Assembly (NCBI GenBank): GCA_964291295.2
Contig: OZ219754.1
Location: forward strand, 480,001 to 544,000
Direction of reading: 5' to 3'
Source: an uncultured Candidatus Binatia bacterium
Lineage (GTDB): Bacteria > Desulfobacterota > Binatia > UBA9968 > JAJDTQ01
Length of the DNA: 64,000 nt
A program made the translations under genes and the position numbers. Shown here one piece after another: positions 60,297 through 64,000 of this stretch. Below the pieces are notes generated by a model. The model was not told the origin of the DNA, ran no database searches, and saw only the letters and a list, made by a program, of their open reading frames with translations. Each line of letters opens with the position of its first letter. The stretch's first letter is position 1.

Positions 60297-61642
60297 TCAC
60301 CCGGTCCAGCGGAGCCGTACGACCTCTTCGCGCAGGTACTGTCGGCTGGCAGTGGCGAGTCGCGTCCGAAACAGGTCAATGCCGGCCAGTTCGTAACCGA
60401 GACTCTGAGCGAGTTCGCCGAGGATCTGCCCGGTCCTGATCATGACTCTGAGGTACGATGCCTGGTCTCCAACGACGTACGCAAGCCTCGCACCCGGACG
60501 CAGCCGACTCCTGAGGCTCGCCAGATGTCGGACCATTCCTCCAAAGTACAGTTTCGTGACTCTCGCGTACTGGCGTTCGAACCCTGACGTCTTGCCCTGC
60601 TCAACTCGGCGGGCTTCGATCAGTTCAGCGATTCGCTGAATACCCTCGTGTCCGGCGACCAGGGCATCGTCAGTATCCGCCTTGTACACGCTTCGCGTAT
60701 TCGATCGGATGAGTCCCTGCTTCAGGCATCGCAGATCCTGTTTGTCCCGGAAAAAGCCGAGCACACACCCTCAAGGCGCGTCGTCCGCGTGTAGTCCTTC
60801 TCGTTTGGGTATGGCGGGGAGGTGATGACGACATCGATGGACGACGGCTCCAGGTAGTCCTCCAACCGACGGGCATCCCCAAGGTGGACTTTGGCGTCCG
60901 TTCCGTCTCGTTGCCGCAACGCCGCGAGGTCATCGGCCATCGTCGTGACGCGGCTCAGCCATGGCCCGACCACCGGAGCGTCCTCCTGAAGTCGCCCAAC
61001 GCCGACTTCCGGACCGAAATGCAGCTTGCCGATTCCCGAGATGAGCGCCGCTGCGAGCGCGAGTCGCTCGTGAGAGCAGAACGCGTCTTGGCGGTGCTGG
61101 TCGAGAATATCCAGCAACAGCAGCGTCTTGTGAAGCGGTAGCGGGCTGATCGAGTTCTTTGGCAGAAGCTTCAGCTTGTCGGGAGGTAACGTCTGGAGGT
61201 GGACCGTCGGGGTGACGTTCGCCGGGAACAGTGGTGCCATCCCGAAGTCGTCGATTCCTTGATGCCGAAGCAGATCGAGCGCTCGGGCGGCTGCCTCCTT
61301 GGCGTGGGATACGAGCGTGTCAGGGTCGACGCTCCAATCGATTTTGGTGCGGCTCGCGAACCCAGCCATCGGGTTGCGTTCGATCCCGACGCTCGGGATC
61401 CCAAGCTTTTTGCACTCGACCAGCGTCGTCCCGGTGCCGCAGAACGGGTCCAGTACCCGCTGCCTTGAATCGACGCAAAACGTGTCGAGGTAGTCGCGCA
61501 CGAGGTGCGACGGGAATGAGAGAACAAAGCGGTACCAGTTGTGAACGGCACGATCTTCAGGCCTGAGCCGATTCCGCTCCGGGGTTTTTCTTGCACTGGT
61601 TTCGGGAGCGGTTGTCACGGCCGGACTGCTGGTGTCAGTCAT
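60297..61642 (-). pseudogene. Amino-methyltransferase (probably m4C, alpha order) with frameshift
   Basis: VLDPFCGTGTT and ITSPPY; the frame changes at about 60765 inside GGTGTGTGC. Confidence 0.82.
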
Positions 61643-61764
61643 TCGTGACCTCGTGGTTCCGTTCGTGTCACGTGGTGGGCGAATGCCTGCACCTGCCGCG
61701 ATGTCGGATTGGAGTCCACCACAGTCCGGACTTGACGGTACGCTCCCGTCGTTGACTCAAGAGA

Positions 61765-62112
61765 TCAGCGGCCGGCATCCTTGGCAGCCTTTTCGATCCA
61801 GTCCCCCATGTTGTGATAACCGTCGTCACGATTCCAGTAGTAGAAGTTGCAACCCTCCGGGACCCGGCCGCAACGCTCAGATTTGTCCTTGTCTAAATCC
61901 TTGATCTTGCTGACATCGATCCCCAACAAACCGTTGCCTCGGGCCTTGCTCTGGTCAATCTCGTACTGAACATACCGGCTGTCGCAAGTGTGAGACCCTA
62001 CCAGTACGACCGTCACGGAGGTCCCATAAAGCTGATTCAGCCGGAACGAGTCGGTGGCGAGGCGGTTGACGATCCCTTGGATGAACTCCAAGTGCTTGAG
62101 CTTCGCTTCCAT
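61765..62112 (-). pseudogene. Chimeric remnant: membrane-effector N-terminus fused to the C-terminal part of a ThsB/DUF1863-like TIR
   Basis: MEAKLKHLEFIQGIVNRLATDSFRL | NQLYGTSVTVVLVGSHT..SRYVQYEI..S..RGNGLLGI. Confidence 0.7.
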
Positions 62113-62559
62113 CACTCGTTCAGGGCCGACCGAGCCCGTCAAGAATCCCTGATCGCGGCCAGAGGTGAATTCCTCGACCCATCGGTCGGCTCACCCGGTC
62201 GATCCCGGAGAGGAGACTTCACTCGGCAACTGGCAAGGATCGTACTATAGGACCGACGATTGTACCACAGGCCCGACATCGGGACGACCCGGCAACCCTG
62301 GGTGATGGTGGCCCGAGGTCGGGCCACCAGTCTGATGGGAAGACAGCGGAGCGGTGCCAAGCTCGTGCGTGGATGGTCCGGGTTCATCATCAAACCGCGC
62401 ACTCAGTCCGCTGGAGTCCGCCGCAGAACGAGGGATACAGCGAGGGGAACAAACCGGCTGGAGCTGGACAAGCACCTTATTATCAGCAGGTTACATAACC
62501 TGGGCATCGGCAGCCCCGCCTCTCCTGCCCCCCGGTCTCCCGGGGCGCCTTCCCGGCGG

Positions 62560-63282
62560 TCAGATCTCCAGCACCAGCCCGTCGTCCGCGGTGTCCACCG
62601 GCAGCGATGCGCGCCGGGCCAGCATCGCCTCGCCCATGTGCGTCAGGATCAGCCGCCGGCACTCCAGCCGTTGCCGGCGCGCGGCGATCTCCAGGTAGTT
62701 CATGTGCGAGGGAGACGGGGCGTCGTAGTGGCAGCACTCGCAGATGAACAGATCGGCGCCCCGGCTGTGGATGAGGAACTGGTCCGTCCAACTCGAATCA
62801 CCGGAAAAGAGCACGGTCCGCCCGCCCACCGTGACCCTGAGCCCGAGCGAGACCGCATCCGCCTGGTGCGGCACCCGGAAGCCCAGCACCCGGGCGCCGG
62901 CCACGGCGGTGACGGTGTCCGGTTCCAGCACCACGAAGACCAGGAAGGGCAGCTTCTTCTCGCCGTACATGAGCCGCATGAGGCCGCGCACGCGCTCCTC
63001 GGTCCCCGGCGGCCCGGCCACCACCAGCGGACGGCGCCGGGGCTTGTCGTACAGGTAGTGGATGAAGAAGAAGGGCAGGCCGCCGAAATGGTCGCCGTGC
63101 AGGTGGCTCAGGATCACCGCGTCCAGCGCCGCCGGGTCCAGACCGGCGCGCCTGAGCGCCGGCAGCGTCGACGGCCCGCAGTCCAGAAGATGGCCGTGCG
63201 AACCGTGCTCCAGCAGACAGGCGGTCTGGTTCCTGCCGCCACTGCCGAAGGCGTCCCCGGTTCCGAGAAAGTGGACTTTCAC
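62560..63282 (-). CDS. MBL-fold hydrolase, RNase Z/BN-like
   Basis: FLGTGDAFGSGGR, SHLHGDHFGG, FSGDS, LTHMG; start approximate. Confidence 0.88.
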   Translation of the reverse strand: MKVHFLGTGDAFGSGGRNQTACLLEHGSHGHLLDCGPSTLPALRRAGLDPAALDAVILSHLHGDHFGGLPFFFIHYLYDKPRRRPLVVAGPPGTEERVRGLMRLMYGEKKLPFLVFVVLEPDTVTAVAGARVLGFRVPHQADAVSLGLRVTVGGRTVLFSGDSSWTDQFLIHSRGADLFICECCHYDAPSPSHMNYLEIAARRQRLECRRLILTHMGEAMLARRASLPVDTADDGLVLEI

Positions 63283-63406
63283 CCCATCGACACTACAGCG
63301 CCGGATCGACCTTGGCAACGCGCGCGCGGTCTGCCAGATTGCGTGGGCGGACAACCGCCGCCCCGGACGAAATGAACAGCGTTTCCATGAACCGCGCATC
63401 GCCACG

Positions 63407-64000
63407 ATGAACATCGTTCTCGGTCCCTGCCACCCCCAACTGGAAACCGCCCTGGCGGAGGAGGTGCGGTCGTACGACCCGCTCGCTCCGCTCCTTCTCG
63501 TGGTGCCATCGGAGACCCTGAGCCGGCGCGTGAAGGTCCTGCTGGCCAAGGAGCACGGCCTTCATCTGTTGAATGTCCACATCCGCACCTTCTTCCAGCT
63601 CGGCCTGGATCTGTTCCACGAAGTGCACGGCTCGGCGGAGCCGGTGTTGCGCGGCGAGACCTTCATGGAAGAGGCGCTGCGGCAGGTGGTTCCGGCCCAT
63701 GGTCGGTTTGCCCGGATCATGGACAACGACAGCGCCTGCGCCGCGCTGTGGCAAAGCCTGCGAGATCTCAAGGACGGCATGCTGGAGCCCGAGTCCGCGC
63801 TGGAGGCGCTGCGGGAGGGGCTCTTCGACAACCGGGACCGGGCCGCGCTGGGCGACCTCTTCGAGCTGTACCGGGAGGTGAAACGCCGTTTCCCGGAGTG
63901 GCAGGCGCAGGACCGCCAGGACCTCGCCGCGGCGGCGGCGCGGTACGCGCCCGTCTCGGCCCACCTGGGGCGGTTCCAGCACATCTGCTACTACGGCTTC
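63407..64000 (+). CDS. AddB/RecC-like helicase-nuclease subunit (3'-partial; absent from the ORF track)
   Basis: Open to the window end: MNIVLGPCHPQLETAL...DPLAPLLLVVPS...NVHIRTFFQL...ICYYGF. Confidence 0.75.
   Translation, partial: MNIVLGPCHPQLETALAEEVRSYDPLAPLLLVVPSETLSRRVKVLLAKEHGLHLLNVHIRTFFQLGLDLFHEVHGSAEPVLRGETFMEEALRQVVPAHGRFARIMDNDSACAALWQSLRDLKDGMLEPESALEALREGLFDNRDRAALGDLFELYREVKRRFPEWQAQDRQDLAAAAARYAPVSAHLGRFQHICYYGF

Noticed and set aside
62300-62510. Hairpin at 62307-62328 and a weak dif/att-like stretch (TTATGTAACC on the minus strand near 62490)
   Set aside because: No matching partner arm or repeat found at the other island edge; too weak to call.

Overview
High-GC bacterial window in which housekeeping and aromatic-catabolism genes alternate with three defence or mobile islands. 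It opens inside a selenoprotein gene the ORF track misses: grdA, with an in-frame CxxU TGA at 106-108 and a SECIS-like hairpin. Island 1 (about 475-13920, minus strand) is a four-gene BREX-related, restriction-like operon: DUF499 ATPase, small accessory protein, DUF1156 adenine MTase and PLD-SNF2 helicase. Its MTase carries an in-frame G17 tract. Two accessory cassettes are stacked inside the operon, each directly behind a copy of the accessory gene's 3' end. Next come an FMN alpha-hydroxyacid oxidase, a TetR regulator, a large RTX repeat protein whose -35/-10 spacer is a G16 tract, an ABC exporter pair and a TauE-family gene. Island 2 (about 28.0-33.3 kb) holds a second TIGR04255-led three-gene module, an hsdM stub and two crippled tyrosine integrases. 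The core region carries dinB-hemE-hemG, form II coxSLM-like genes, TTT transporters, an LLM monooxygenase, a BoxB-like diiron epoxidase coupled to NuoE/NuoF-like genes, aat, LigAB-like dioxygenase subunits, an L,D-transpeptidase and an ICL/PEP-mutase gene. Island 3 (about 59.4-62.5 kb) is a doubly inactivated type II R-M pair plus a fused Thoeris-like remnant. The window ends in an AddB-like gene. Family names come from motif recognition, not database searches. Single-base frameshifts and homopolymer lengths could be sequencing artefacts. No tRNA, rRNA or CRISPR array was seen.
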